From Candidatus Zixiibacteriota bacterium (GTDB lineage: Bacteria; Zixibacteria; MSB-5A5; GN15; JAAZOE01), in contig JAWLBI010000001.1 in assembly GCA_041394985.1 (NCBI GenBank), positions 4,292,855 through 4,356,854 on the forward strand: 64,000 bases of DNA. Direction: 5' to 3'. Below the pieces are notes generated by a model that had not been told where the DNA came from, ran no database searches, and worked only from the letters and a program-made list of their open reading frames with translations. Positions 1 through 10,492 of the stretch are shown here, piece by piece. Numbering within the stretch: the stretch's first letter is position 1; every line of letters starts with the position of its first letter. A program made the translations under genes and the position numbers.

Positions 1-372
1 GACCAGATGGTCGAATTAAACAGTTTCGACGTTCCTGACACAATGGTCGATTCGTATCTTAATGGCGTCGTCAAGGAACATCAGCAGCACAACCCGAAGG
101 CCAATGAAAAGGACATTCGCGAGAAGTATCGGCAGACCGGTATCAATACCGTCCGCTGGTATTTAATTTATCATCGCCTCGCAGTACAGGAAAAGATTGA
201 AGTTTCGTCCGAGGATACCGAAAAATGGATAAAGAACTTCGCCGATACGTATCATATGGATACGGGCAAGGCGAAGGAGATTTTGGCCAAAACCGGGCGG
301 GCCGATGACATTAAGGACGGTCTCCTGGAAGAAAAAGTGCTCGATTTCCTGGCCGACAAAGCAGGAAAATAA
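1..372 (+). CDS. tig: trigger factor, C-terminal fragment (5' end outside window)
   Basis: The ORF is open in frame from position 1. The translation resembles the trigger-factor C-terminal chaperone domain. It lies immediately upstream of clpP-clpX, the classical tig-clpP-clpX order. Confidence 0.6.
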   Translation, partial: DQMVELNSFDVPDTMVDSYLNGVVKEHQQHNPKANEKDIREKYRQTGINTVRWYLIYHRLAVQEKIEVSSEDTEKWIKNFADTYHMDTGKAKEILAKTGRADDIKDGLLEEKVLDFLADKAGK

Positions 373-404
373 GCGAGCCGGGTAAAAACTAAGGAAGGTA
401 TACC

Positions 405-1016
405 ATGACACTGATTCCGATGGTAGTCGAAACAACCGGGCGAGGCGAGCGCGCCTATGATATTTATTCACGGCTTCTCAAGGACCGCATTATCTTCATC
501 GGCACGCCTATCGACGACAACGTCGCCAACCTTGTCATCGCCCAAATGCTGTTTTTGGACGCGGAAGATCCGGGTAAAGATATATTTCTCTATATCAATT
601 CGCCGGGTGGTTCGGTCACGGCCGGTATGGCAATCTATGACACGATGCAGTTCATCAAACCGGATATCGTTACGACCTGTATGGGTATGGCCGCCTCCAT
701 GGGAGCGTTTCTGCTTACCGCCGGTACGGCCGGAAAACGAACCGCGCTGCCGAACTCGCGTATAATGATACACCAGCCGTTAGCCGGTACCCAGGGTCAG
801 GTTTCCGATATCGAAATCATGACCAGAGAGTTTCTGGGAACAAAAAAGCGGTTAAATGACTTGTTAGCTATGCACACCGGTCAACCGCTGTCGCGTATTG
901 AAGAGGACACGGACCGGAATTATTTTATGTCGGCTCATGAGGCGAAAGAGTACGGTATCATAGACAAGGTCTATGAGTTTAAGATAAAGACGAAGGATAA
1001 CAAAGAAGAGAAATAA
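405..1016 (+). CDS. clpP: ATP-dependent Clp protease proteolytic subunit ClpP
   Basis: 203 aa with the ClpP signature (GMAASMG Ser nucleophile, IMIHQP His) and typical length. GGA-rich RBS region upstream. Followed by clpX with a TAATG overlap. Confidence 0.93.
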   Translation: MTLIPMVVETTGRGERAYDIYSRLLKDRIIFIGTPIDDNVANLVIAQMLFLDAEDPGKDIFLYINSPGGSVTAGMAIYDTMQFIKPDIVTTCMGMAASMGAFLLTAGTAGKRTALPNSRIMIHQPLAGTQGQVSDIEIMTREFLGTKKRLNDLLAMHTGQPLSRIEEDTDRNYFMSAHEAKEYGIIDKVYEFKIKTKDNKEEK

Positions 1017-2263
1017 TGCCAGACGATCCGAAAATCCCCGGTCCCTCTGAGCGATGTTCGTTCTGCGGGAAAAAGGCCGAGCAGGTCAAGCGGCTGTATT
1101 CGGGATATAATGCATTTATCTGCAATGACTGCGTCACCCTGTGTCATGACTTGATGAAATCGGAGCCGCAGTTGCCGGACAATCGGGAGGAGTTCGATCT
1201 TCCCGCCCCGTCCGAAATCAAGGCCTTCCTGGATCAATATGTCATCGACCAGGAGGAATCCAAGCGCACCGTTTCGGTGGCGGTGTATAATCATTACAAG
1301 CGGATTCAGGCCAAGCCGACTTCTGATGATGTCGAGCTGGAGAAATCAAACATTCTCCTGCTCGGCCCGACCGGAACCGGCAAGACGCTTTTGGCGCGGA
1401 CGCTGGCCAAATTTCTCAAGGTGCCGTTCACGATTGCCGATGCCACGGTGTTGACCGAGGCGGGCTATGTCGGCGAGGATGTTGAGAATATTCTCGTGCG
1501 GCTCTTTCATGCCGCCAATTATGATGCGCGCAAAACCGAGCGCGGTATTATCTACATTGATGAAATCGACAAGATTTCCCGCACCGATGGTAACCCGTCT
1601 ATCACCCGGGATGTGTCCGGTGAAGGCGTGCAGCAGGCATTGTTGAAGATTTTGGAAGGGACGATTGCGAACATTCCCCCCAAGGGTGGACGCAAGCATC
1701 CGGAACAGGCGTTTGTGGCGATCGATACGTCGAATATCCTGTTTATCTGCGGCGGCGCATTTGAAGGGCTTGAAAAAATCATTGCCCGCCGTGTCGGTAA
1801 AAAGACCGTCGGATTCGAATCCAAGCGGGTCAATGTCGAGGAAGACAAATCGATGTTACTCTCTCAGGTCGAACCGCCGGATCTTCTGGAATACGGCCTG
1901 ATTCCTGAGCTCATCGGCCGACTGCCGGTAGCGACTGCTCTTAAGCCGCTCACCGAGAGTGCCCTGCTGGCGATATTGACCGAACCAAAGAATGCCCTCG
2001 TTAAGCAATATCAGCGACTGTTCGAAATCGACGGCATTAAACTGAGTTTCGAGCCATCGGCATTGCATGCGGCAGTTGCCAAGGCGGTTCGTCGGAAAAC
2101 CGGCGCGCGCTCATTGCGTTCCATCTTCGAATCGACTATGCTTGATGTCATGTATGAGGCGCCGACTATCGCCAACCTCGAGGAAGTCGTCATTAATGAG
2201 CAGGTTATAAATAAAACGGGTAAACCGGAGTATAAGTATAAAAAAGGTAAGAAATCGGCCTGA
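1016..2263 (+). CDS. clpX: ATP-dependent Clp protease ATP-binding subunit ClpX
   Basis: N-terminal C4 zinc-binding module (CSFCGK...CNDCV). Walker A GPTGTGKT and AAA+ sensor regions. 415 aa. Start overlaps the clpP stop (TAATG). Confidence 0.93.
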   Translation: MPDDPKIPGPSERCSFCGKKAEQVKRLYSGYNAFICNDCVTLCHDLMKSEPQLPDNREEFDLPAPSEIKAFLDQYVIDQEESKRTVSVAVYNHYKRIQAKPTSDDVELEKSNILLLGPTGTGKTLLARTLAKFLKVPFTIADATVLTEAGYVGEDVENILVRLFHAANYDARKTERGIIYIDEIDKISRTDGNPSITRDVSGEGVQQALLKILEGTIANIPPKGGRKHPEQAFVAIDTSNILFICGGAFEGLEKIIARRVGKKTVGFESKRVNVEEDKSMLLSQVEPPDLLEYGLIPELIGRLPVATALKPLTESALLAILTEPKNALVKQYQRLFEIDGIKLSFEPSALHAAVAKAVRRKTGARSLRSIFESTMLDVMYEAPTIANLEEVVINEQVINKTGKPEYKYKKGKKSA

Positions 2264-2291
2264 TCGACGATAAAATTTCTCCGAATTTCAA

Positions 2292-2324
2292 GGCGGGATT
2301 TGGTTTAATCCCGCCTTTTTATTT
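2292..2324 (+). terminator. rho-independent terminator after clpX
   Basis: Stem GGCGGGATT...AATCCCGCC followed by a TTTTTATTT tract. Confidence 0.7.
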
Positions 2325-2457
2325 CATATCAGTTCAAAAATCAAACAGGAATCATCAATAATAATAAAATATTGTTTACATTCTCCAGTTTAAGAGAATT
2401 AGACCGATACATGTACCAACAACCGAGATAAACAACTATAGAAACTGGGGGAAATTC

Positions 2458-3537
2458 ATGAACCGAGTAGTTTTGACAATCTCTTTATTTGTATTATCCG
2501 CTTTTGTTTTATTTTTTGTCGGCTGTAGCGATGACGACAGCAATCCGACGACACCGGGAACCGGTGGGACGACTGCCGATACTCTGGAGGCCAGTCTGGT
2601 AGATGTTACTGATGTCATTCGTGCGGCTGCTCCGCCTATTTTCACCGCACCGACGGCGGCGCCTGCCATCGACTCATTCCAGGTCTGGACGGAAGGCGAA
2701 TATCCGCTTCTGGAAAAGGTTTTCGGTGAGGATGATCCGCAGACACTGCACCGTAATGTCAGTGATTTTGAAATGTTCATGGACATCCTTGCAAGTTGTC
2801 TTTATGTCGATGAGAACGGCGATATTATCGAAGGCACGTTCGTTGACTCCTCCACCGAGGATATCGGCGGCCAGATGATGACTATGCATGTCACCGGATC
2901 CGTCTCCGCGCTGGAAAGCGCCACGGCCATCCCGACAGCATATCAGTCCATTTTCGGCGCTTCCATTGATTTGGACTATCTTGTACAGATTACCGTCGAG
3001 GAAATCGAAGGCGGCCTTCTTCAGTTCGGCGTGAAACTGTCCGATACCGAACAGAATCTCCTCGTCTTCCAGCAGAATATGAGCGGCGATCCGGAATCCA
3101 CCGAAGCATCGCTCGTTTATTCGACGCTGACGCTTGCCGATTCATCCTTCGAATTTTCCGGCATTATGCACAGTGAGGATTCACAGGGCGAATTCGATGT
3201 CACGTACATCATGACGGCTGATGCATCGAATGATTTCAGCTACCGCATGAGCTGGTTCTCCGATGATATCCCGGCGCCTGATTATACTCTCCTGGGCTGC
3301 ATCATCGGCGGCGGTAACAAAGATACCGAGTTCGCGCTGAAGTATCGCCAGTACACTCCGGCCGACGCAGCGAGTATCGATTCCGAATGGAGCTTCGATG
3401 AAGTCTTCGGGCCGAATTATACCAACGGCACAGGTCTGATTACCGACTATTCCGATTTCGTAAACGAAGAACTCATCATCGGTTATGCCTCGGTGCCGAC
3501 GACGGCGATCACCAGTCCGTGGGCGGTTGTTCGTTAA
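2458..3537 (+). CDS. hypothetical lipoprotein (signal peptide plus lipobox FVGC)
   Basis: The N-terminus MNRVVLTISLFVLSAFVLFFVGCSDDDS has a lipoprotein signal and lipobox. Acidic, Thr/Ser-rich mature part with no recognisable catalytic motif. A terminator follows. Confidence 0.55.
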   Translation: MNRVVLTISLFVLSAFVLFFVGCSDDDSNPTTPGTGGTTADTLEASLVDVTDVIRAAAPPIFTAPTAAPAIDSFQVWTEGEYPLLEKVFGEDDPQTLHRNVSDFEMFMDILASCLYVDENGDIIEGTFVDSSTEDIGGQMMTMHVTGSVSALESATAIPTAYQSIFGASIDLDYLVQITVEEIEGGLLQFGVKLSDTEQNLLVFQQNMSGDPESTEASLVYSTLTLADSSFEFSGIMHSEDSQGEFDVTYIMTADASNDFSYRMSWFSDDIPAPDYTLLGCIIGGGNKDTEFALKYRQYTPADAASIDSEWSFDEVFGPNYTNGTGLITDYSDFVNEELIIGYASVPTTAITSPWAVVR

Positions 3538-3576
3538 AAGACAATAGCTTTAGCAGGACTGTATAGATTTACACGA

Positions 3577-3606
3577 GAAGGCCTCCGGATACGGAGGCCT
3601 TTTTTA
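3577..3606 (+). terminator. rho-independent terminator
   Basis: Stem GAAGGCCTCCG...CGGAGGCCT followed by TTTTTT. Confidence 0.7.
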
Positions 3607-3666
3607 ATTCTCCCATTCCCTTTTTGCCCCCGCCTGCTCTTGACATCACGGCGATAAAACATAACA

Positions 3667-4455
3667 TTGTCGGCAATGAAGCTGACGACCGACAAAGCGG
3701 GCCTGTATCGGCATTTCCAAAAGAATCCTGTGCTCTATTCGTATCTCATCGGCGATCTGGATGATTTTTACTTTCCACTCTGCACCTGGCCGGTAATTGA
3801 GAATGAAGAGGGCGATATTGAAGACGCCGTTTTATTGTATAACAATCCGCGCTTCGTATGTGTGCAGGCGTTCGGCCAAACGGATCGATTCGAACAGCTT
3901 CTAACTGAAACTCTCCCCCATCTTCCGGATAGATTCTATTGTCATTATCTAAAACCATATCGAGACCTGTTCCGGCAATCATTCGAAGAGAAGCCACTCA
4001 GCACGCATATAAAAATGAAGCTGAAAAACTTTACGCCGCATCATAGCGAAGATGAAAACCTTCGACGATTGTCGATGGATGATTTCGATGCCATAATCGA
4101 TTTATACGAGGCAGCCTATCCTGACAGGTATTTCGACGAGCGCCTGCTTGCCACGGGAAAGTTTTTCGGTATTTCTGCGGGCCCGGCCATCATCGCTGTC
4201 GCCGGTGTACATGTCTATTCGAAGGAATACGATATTGCGGTCCTTGGAAGTATTGCGACGCATCCCGATTATCGCGGTCGCGGTCTGGCGACACGAGTGA
4301 CTTCGCGGTTGATTCAGGAATTGCAGCAATCGGTCGGGCTGATAGCGCTCAATGTCCAGCACCATAATGTCCCGGCAATCCGCTGTTATGAGAAATTGGG
4401 ATTTATTAAGCACTGTGAATATGAGGAGGCGCTGTTCGAGCGTCGGATACCATAA
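3667..4455 (+). CDS. GNAT family N-acetyltransferase
   Basis: C-terminal acetyl-CoA binding motif (R-G-R-G-L-A...CYEKLGF). 262 aa; the exact start is uncertain. Confidence 0.6.
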   Translation: MSAMKLTTDKAGLYRHFQKNPVLYSYLIGDLDDFYFPLCTWPVIENEEGDIEDAVLLYNNPRFVCVQAFGQTDRFEQLLTETLPHLPDRFYCHYLKPYRDLFRQSFEEKPLSTHIKMKLKNFTPHHSEDENLRRLSMDDFDAIIDLYEAAYPDRYFDERLLATGKFFGISAGPAIIAVAGVHVYSKEYDIAVLGSIATHPDYRGRGLATRVTSRLIQELQQSVGLIALNVQHHNVPAIRCYEKLGFIKHCEYEEALFERRIP

Positions 4456-4478
4456 ATTAGTCCGTAAGGAGTCATCAG

Positions 4479-4868
4479 ATGGCTGAAGGTACATTCGCCA
4501 CCGCGATTAATTGCATGGACGGCCGTGTCCAATTACCAATTATTGAGTGGATGAAAAATCGATTTCATGTCGACTACATCGACACCATTACTGAGCCGGG
4601 ACCGGATAAGATACTGGCGGAATGCCAGACCCCGCTCGTCGAATCCATTAAGAATCGTGTGAAAATTTCTGTAGAAAAGCACGGTTCGAAAGTTGTTGTC
4701 ATTACGGGCCACGCCGATTGCGCAGGAAATCCGGTTTCCAAAGAAAAACATATTGAACATGTGAAAAAGGCGATGAAGGAAATCGCCGGCTGGAAGCTGC
4801 CGGTTTCTATCTGCGGCGTCTGGATGGATACCGACTGGAAGCCGGAAATTATCGATATCATCGAATAG
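4479..4868 (+). CDS. small hypothetical protein with beta-carbonic-anhydrase-like Cys/His motifs (C-x-D-x-R ... H-x-D-C-x-G)
   Basis: 129 aa ORF with a good RBS (AAGGAG). Contains NCMDGR and ITGHADCAGN, which mimic the beta-CA zinc-ligand motifs. It is far shorter than canonical beta-CA (about 200 aa). Confidence 0.35.
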   Translation: MAEGTFATAINCMDGRVQLPIIEWMKNRFHVDYIDTITEPGPDKILAECQTPLVESIKNRVKISVEKHGSKVVVITGHADCAGNPVSKEKHIEHVKKAMKEIAGWKLPVSICGVWMDTDWKPEIIDIIE

Positions 4869-4870
4869 CG

Positions 4871-5734
4871 TCAGCGGACTTTGCAGACGACAACCCGATC
4901 GATATCGGCCAGGTCCTTTAACAGCGAACAGCGCACATAGCGGTCATCCGACTCGACGCGCTCGAATATCAAATCGGCCTGATCGTACCCGATCTCGAAT
5001 GCAAGGGTGCCGGATGGGTTCAGATAATCGGGCGCCTGTTTCAACAGCCGATCAATAATTTCCATCCCTTGTTTGCCGCCAAGCAGCGACAGTGTCGGGT
5101 CGGCCTTGACCTCGGGCGGCAGCGTATCGTAGTCATCGGAATTGATGTACGGCGGATTCGAGGCGATAATATCGAATGTCATACCAGCATCAATGTTTTC
5201 GAATAAATCAGACTCCACCCAGCGAATCTTTTCAAGAACACCAAACCGCCCGGCATTTTTCTGCGCCACGGCCAGGGCATCGGGCGAAATATCCGATGCC
5301 GTCACATCGAGGTCGGGGTTCTCCAATTTACTGGAAACCGAAACAACTCCCGAGCCGGTACCGATATCCAGCAGGCGCACCGGATTGGAGTTGCTAAGCC
5401 GAGCCGAGCGCAGAACGGATTCTAAAAGTAATTCCGTCTCCGGACACGGCACCATGACACTTTCATTGACAACGAATTTACGACCGTAGAAATAAGCCGA
5501 ACCGAGAATATATTGCAGCGGATATCGAGTGAGGCGTTTTTCGACAATCTGATTGAAGCGGTCGATAATCTCGGGCGTTATCATTGTGTGACCGTCGAGA
5601 TAGAGTTTCAGCCGCTCACAATCGAGCAGTTCGCACAGGATGATTTCGGCCTCTGCCTTACCGGCATCGATTCCTGCGGCGAGGAGCTTTTTCTCGGCCT
5701 CGGTGATGAGCTCATTGATGTTCGTATCCGGCAA
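4871..5734 (-). CDS. prmC: release factor glutamine N5-methyltransferase PrmC (HemK)
   Basis: NPPY motif (IIASNPPYI) and SAM-binding DIGTGSG. 287 aa. Lies at the downstream end of the prfA operon. Confidence 0.88.
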   Translation of the reverse strand: MPDTNINELITEAEKKLLAAGIDAGKAEAEIILCELLDCERLKLYLDGHTMITPEIIDRFNQIVEKRLTRYPLQYILGSAYFYGRKFVVNESVMVPCPETELLLESVLRSARLSNSNPVRLLDIGTGSGVVSVSSKLENPDLDVTASDISPDALAVAQKNAGRFGVLEKIRWVESDLFENIDAGMTFDIIASNPPYINSDDYDTLPPEVKADPTLSLLGGKQGMEIIDRLLKQAPDYLNPSGTLAFEIGYDQADLIFERVESDDRYVRCSLLKDLADIDRVVVCKVR

Positions 5735-5977
5735 TTAAAACTCCTCGGGAAGAACGGCGCCGCCTCCGGCCCAGATATCGGTTATTTCGGGTCGGAAGGC
5801 GCACCCGGATTTGGCATGGCCATGAAAGCGATACAGGGGCACTTCCTTGGGCATTCGATTATCAATCGGTTCGATTGCCAGAACACTGTCGACGCCAGTC
5901 AGGGTAATAGTCGCCCCAGCCGCCAGTATCGCGGATAATATCATAAATTCGCGGCGGTCTAACATGAGCCCTCCCAT
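5735..5977 (-). CDS. small ORF (80 aa) with a twin-arginine-type signal peptide; function unknown
   Basis: The translation carries DRREFMILSAILAAGATITL...VLA, a Tat-like S/T-R-R-x-F-L motif with an h-region and an AxA-like cleavage site. The ORF exactly fills the pmbA-prmC gap. Its stop abuts the prmC ATG and its start overlaps the pmbA 3' end. Confidence 0.4.
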   Translation of the reverse strand: MGGLMLDRREFMILSAILAAGATITLTGVDSVLAIEPIDNRMPKEVPLYRFHGHAKSGCAFRPEITDIWAGGGAVLPEEF

Positions 5978-7320
5978 TCTTCCTTCGTTTCCTGCACCAG
6001 GTTGAAATTGTTGATCTTCATCGCCGGAACATACATGAGCGACGCATACTGCGGATACACGATGCGATCTTTCGACATCATCTCGACATTGGAGAACGCC
6101 TCAAGGATTGACTGATTCGTGCGCATGTTTTTGATTGCCGGGCCGATTTGACCGTTTTCAATCAGGAAGGTGCCATCGAACGTCGTGCCGGTGATCATCG
6201 TGCGCATCGGATTGAGATAGTTGATGTACCAGAAATGCGAAATCAAAACGCCTTTTTCCGTCGATGCGATCATTTCATCGAATGTCTTGTCGCCGGGCTG
6301 CATGACGAGGTTTTTCGGATATGGTCCAAAACCGTTATTCGGCTGGACCGAATGGCCCGTCGGAGCCGTACCCATCATTGCGGCATAATAGCTGTCGAAG
6401 GCCCCCTCGCCTGCCTTACCATTCTGAATCGGAACGATACGTTTTTTGGAAACGCCTTCGTAGTCGAATAACAATGATCCGAAGATCGGGTTTTCCGCTT
6501 CGTCCGATATTGTGATGTTTTCGCCCGTGATAATTTCGCCGGTTTTGTTCGACAAGAATGACCGTTGCTGAGCCAGCGTGCGGCCGCCGAATCCGAGGAA
6601 ACTGAGAAACAGCAATAACTGTCCGACTGCCGCCGGTTCCAGAATCACGGTATACTGCCCGTCGGGCAGTACAATGGGATTGATATTTTTTTCTGCCTTC
6701 GAAATGGCGGCCTCGGCGGCTCGTTTGTAGTCGATGCTCGCAGGATCGGGACTGAATGCGATACCGAATCCGGATTGTTCACCCTCGCCGACTATTGTCA
6801 GTGATAATTCTGCCTTCCCATTTCGCCCGAACTGTTCGACACCGAGCGAGTTCGCTATCGCGACCGTATTGATATCATGCCGAAAGGCTCCGGATGCGGC
6901 CAGATTCTTCGCCTTGGTCATCTTCACCACAGCCTCAACCGTGCCCGCCATATCATTCGGGGTGAAATTGAGATTCGTCTCGACAGTCGCGGTTTTATCC
7001 AGCTTCGGAGCCATAGTCGTATCGGGAAATGACTGAAAGCGCGCATCGGGTTTTTGCAGTTTGCTGATTTGATTGGCCTTCGCCACCGCTTCCGCTATTC
7101 CGTCATCGGATAAATCGTTAGTTGTCGCAATACCGACCTTTTGTTCATTGACTGCCGTGATAACCAGTGTCGTTTCCTCTTGTGAGATATTCTGTGTAAT
7201 TGTCGATTCGGCGAAACGCGTCAGGTCGGTTTTCTCACCCATCAGTACGACTTCGGTCTGATCGGCGGATGATTGCTTTAGGGCCTTATGCAAAACTTCC
7301 ATTGCTTTCGATTCGGTCAT
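5959..7320 (-). CDS. pmbA: TldE/PmbA family metallopeptidase
   Basis: 453 aa. TldD/PmbA fold signatures (C-terminal GxC region). Start overlaps the tldD stop (TAATG). The TldD/TldE pairing is characteristic. Confidence 0.75.
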   Translation of the reverse strand: MTESKAMEVLHKALKQSSADQTEVVLMGEKTDLTRFAESTITQNISQEETTLVITAVNEQKVGIATTNDLSDDGIAEAVAKANQISKLQKPDARFQSFPDTTMAPKLDKTATVETNLNFTPNDMAGTVEAVVKMTKAKNLAASGAFRHDINTVAIANSLGVEQFGRNGKAELSLTIVGEGEQSGFGIAFSPDPASIDYKRAAEAAISKAEKNINPIVLPDGQYTVILEPAAVGQLLLFLSFLGFGGRTLAQQRSFLSNKTGEIITGENITISDEAENPIFGSLLFDYEGVSKKRIVPIQNGKAGEGAFDSYYAAMMGTAPTGHSVQPNNGFGPYPKNLVMQPGDKTFDEMIASTEKGVLISHFWYINYLNPMRTMITGTTFDGTFLIENGQIGPAIKNMRTNQSILEAFSNVEMMSKDRIVYPQYASLMYVPAMKINNFNLVQETKEEWEGSC

Positions 7321-8765
7321 TATGCCTGCCCTCCTACCTGAATATCGACGAAGCGGGTCGGCGATGCGCCTTCACCCGTCCGCGCATTCTGTCCCGGTTG
7401 CCCCTTGCCGCAGTTTGGTGTTCCCTGAATCACGAACTGCGAGGCATCACCGATGGCATTGCAATTGTTCCAGAACTGTGTCGTGCAGCCGGAAAAGGTC
7501 GGATTCTTGATGGCGCTGCCGATTTTGCCACCCTTGATTTCCCAGCCGATTTCGCATCCGAATTGGAAGTTTTTGCGCAGGTCATCGATCGACCAGGAAG
7601 TCGGACCGCTCATGAAGATGCCGTCGTCGACTTCGCCGATCAAATCGGCGAATGATTTATCTCCCGGTTGAAGTAGCGTATTCGACATGCGGATAATCGG
7701 GATGTTCTTCCACCCCTCGGCTCTCAGATTGGCCGTCGAGGTGCGGTTGACTCTCCCCGCCAGTTCGCGCGAGGACAAATAGTTTTTCAATCTGCCGTTT
7801 TCAATCAACAGTGTACAGCCTGCGGCGACGCCCTCGTCGTCCCAGCCATAGGAACCGAGCGCGTGCTTGGCGGTTGCATCCACCGCGAAATTGACGATGT
7901 CGGAGCCGTACTGCAGACTATCCAGATTCTCCGGTGTCGCGAAAGACATGCCGGAAAAGTTTCGCTCCATCCCGAAGACGCGGTCGAGTTCCAGCGCATG
8001 CCCGACGGATTCATGAATGACCAGCGAGGTAATATTGCCGTCGAGCACGAGTGTCGTCGTTTTGGCGGGACAGTCGATGGCTGTCTCCAGTTGCTTGATG
8101 TCCTCGACCAATCTGGGTATCTGCGCCTTGAAATCCAATTCTTTCAGTAGTTCATATCCCTTTAGTTCATATTGCCCGGCCGGTTTCGGATAGCTGCGCT
8201 CGTATCGCTCGCGTCGGGAAACCGATTTGCCCATGCTGATTCCTGCGCCGGATTGAATCAGGATTTGATGCAGTTCGCTGCCCTCGGATGAAAAGAAATA
8301 CTTGTCGTATTTACGAAACGATGCGAAACAGCTCCGGGAATTGATTCCCTCGTGTGCACCCATGGCCGCATCGAGGTCGGCGAGGAAGGCGATTTTGTCT
8401 TCCAGCGGTACGGTGAATGGATCTGTTTGATACGGCGAGATAAATTCGCCAACCTGTATCTGGGCCGGAGTCAGTTTTACGCGTTCTGCCATCACTTTTC
8501 CGGAGGCTTTGGCGACAGCCGCGGCCATATCGGTGAGAGCCTTGATCGACAGGGTGGGATCATCGGATGATGCGAATCCCCAGGCGCCGTCAATAAGCAA
8601 ACGGACGGCCCAGCCGGCCGAAACCGAAGTTTCAATAGGTTCCGGTTCGCCGTCGGAATAGGCCAGGTTTTCGTCGCGGATGACTTCATAGCGGATATCG
8701 CAATAGGACGCCTTGTGCGCCGATGCGGCCACGAGTCCATCCATGGCGATAGATTTAATATCCAT
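7320..8765 (-). CDS. tldD: TldD family metallopeptidase
   Basis: 481 aa with the HExxxH zinc motif (HESVGHALE) typical of TldD. Immediately upstream of pmbA. Confidence 0.8.
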   Translation of the reverse strand: MDIKSIAMDGLVAASAHKASYCDIRYEVIRDENLAYSDGEPEPIETSVSAGWAVRLLIDGAWGFASSDDPTLSIKALTDMAAAVAKASGKVMAERVKLTPAQIQVGEFISPYQTDPFTVPLEDKIAFLADLDAAMGAHEGINSRSCFASFRKYDKYFFSSEGSELHQILIQSGAGISMGKSVSRRERYERSYPKPAGQYELKGYELLKELDFKAQIPRLVEDIKQLETAIDCPAKTTTLVLDGNITSLVIHESVGHALELDRVFGMERNFSGMSFATPENLDSLQYGSDIVNFAVDATAKHALGSYGWDDEGVAAGCTLLIENGRLKNYLSSRELAGRVNRTSTANLRAEGWKNIPIIRMSNTLLQPGDKSFADLIGEVDDGIFMSGPTSWSIDDLRKNFQFGCEIGWEIKGGKIGSAIKNPTFSGCTTQFWNNCNAIGDASQFVIQGTPNCGKGQPGQNARTGEGASPTRFVDIQVGGQA

Positions 8766-8851
8766 ATTACCTCGCAGGCGATTGTTATGAACAATAATAC
8801 GATAATGTAGGTAATTTCATGGGAGGAGTCAAAAGCAAATACGCCGAGACT

Positions 8852-9316
8852 TCACTGTTCGATGCGACGGTCGAGCCAGATGACCTCGGTTTGCACGAAA
8901 TCATTGGCGTCGAAAAACTCCTGCGCGCCGATGTTTTTGCGATGCGTGATGCCGTAGATGGCGATATAGCCGTTTTCCTTCGCCCATTCGATCATATACG
9001 CCAGCATCGACCGGCCGATTCCTCGGTTGCGGCAATCGCTCTTGATGTGGATTTCATTGAGCCACAGATACCGTCCGCCGCTTTCCAGTCCAATAGCAGT
9101 ATTGAAAAAGCAAAAGCCGGTAACATCGCTGCACTCCTCATCGACCGAGGCTATGAAATGCGCGCGGGAGTCTTCTTCGAGGACGATATCAATCGTGTGT
9201 TCGACTCTGGATTTGGACGTTTCCGTCCCGAGGACATGCATGTGAGCGAGGACCAGCCGCACCAGCGCCGGTCGGTATGATTCAATATTGTCGCGAGTTA
9301 TTTCGACTATAGCCAT
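8852..9316 (-). CDS. GNAT family N-acetyltransferase
   Basis: 154 aa. Acetyl-CoA binding motif NRGIGRSML. Sits 8 bp downstream of prfA in the same orientation. Confidence 0.65.
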   Translation of the reverse strand: MAIVEITRDNIESYRPALVRLVLAHMHVLGTETSKSRVEHTIDIVLEEDSRAHFIASVDEECSDVTGFCFFNTAIGLESGGRYLWLNEIHIKSDCRNRGIGRSMLAYMIEWAKENGYIAIYGITHRKNIGAQEFFDANDFVQTEVIWLDRRIEQ

Positions 9317-9324
9317 GCCGCAAT

Positions 9325-10401
9325 TTACACATCTAATTCGGCCGCCGCAAGTAAATCTTCCTGTTCGCGATTGGTCAGGGCCTCGATCAATTCATCCAGA
9401 TCGCCGTTTAATATCGCCTGGAGCCTGTACAGAGTCAGGTTAATGCGATGATCCGTGACGCGCCCCTGTGGGAAATTATAGGTGCGAATTTTGGCCGACC
9501 TGTCCCCAGACCCGACCATGGATTTACGCTCGGCGGCGATTTTACTTTGTTGCTCCTGCATGGCTTTATCGAGCAGCCGTGCACGGAGCACTTTGAGCGC
9601 TTTGGTCTTGTTCTTTAACTGTGATTTTTCATCCTGACAGGTCACAACCAGCCCGGTCGGGAGGTGTGTGATACGCACGGCCGAATCGGTCGTGTTGACC
9701 GACTGACCGCCCGGGCCCGATGAACGGTAAACGTCGATTTTCAATTCGTTCTCATTGATGGCGATATCGACTTCCTCCGCTTCGGGCAGCACTGCCACCG
9801 ATGAGGCCGATGTATGAATGCGGCCGGAACTCTCCGTTTCCGGTACTCTCTGAACGCGGTGAACACCTGACTCGAATTTCAGGCGTGAATATGCCCCTGC
9901 CCCGACAATACTGAAGATAATTTCCTTGAGGCCGCCGATACCGGTTGGGTTGGTAGACAGTGTTTCGACTTTCCATCCCTGCTCCTCGGCAAAATGGCAG
10001 TACATACGATAGAGGTCGGCCGCGAAAAGCGCTGCCTCTTCGCCTCCCGTACCGGCGCGGATTTCCACGACAACGTCTTTATCGTCGTTCGGGTCGCGCG
10101 GGAGGAGCATGACGCGGAGACTGTTTTCTACATCGTCGATTGTTTCGTTCGCTTCATCCAGTTCGGCATGAGCCATTTCAACCAGATCGGGATCCTCGTT
10201 CAGACGAATGATTTCCTTCGCCTCATCGATATTCTTGAGAAGTTTGCGGTATTCGTCGGCGACCCGTTTCACTTCTTCCAAGTGCCTGTGCTCGCGCGAG
10301 AGCTGCTTGAGCTTATTGGGATTACTCAAATTCTCGGGAAGCGTCAGTTTCTCGGAGATGTCATTATAGCGGTCGTCTATTTTCGCCAGTAAATCAAGCA
10401 T
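9325..10401 (-). CDS. prfA: peptide chain release factor 1
   Basis: GGQ motif ([22 protein letters not shown]) and the RF1-type P-x-T tripeptide region ([10 protein letters not shown]). 358 aa. Confidence 0.9.
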   Translation of the reverse strand: MLDLLAKIDDRYNDISEKLTLPENLSNPNKLKQLSREHRHLEEVKRVADEYRKLLKNIDEAKEIIRLNEDPDLVEMAHAELDEANETIDDVENSLRVMLLPRDPNDDKDVVVEIRAGTGGEEAALFAADLYRMYCHFAEEQGWKVETLSTNPTGIGGLKEIIFSIVGAGAYSRLKFESGVHRVQRVPETESSGRIHTSASSVAVLPEAEEVDIAINENELKIDVYRSSGPGGQSVNTTDSAVRITHLPTGLVVTCQDEKSQLKNKTKALKVLRARLLDKAMQEQQSKIAAERKSMVGSGDRSAKIRTYNFPQGRVTDHRINLTLYRLQAILNGDLDELIEALTNREQEDLLAAAELDV

Positions 10402-10492
10402 AGGTTCCTCTCAGAATGAATCGGAATATAGCTGTCGCCGGTTCGGCAGGCAAGCATTTAAGAGCGACTTGAAATGTCGGAAGTGGAATTCG

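Noticed and set aside
5513-5938. 141-aa plus-strand ORF across the prmC 5' region
   Set aside because: It is antisense to prmC (which has the NPPY motif) and to the small Tat-like ORF. No independent support.
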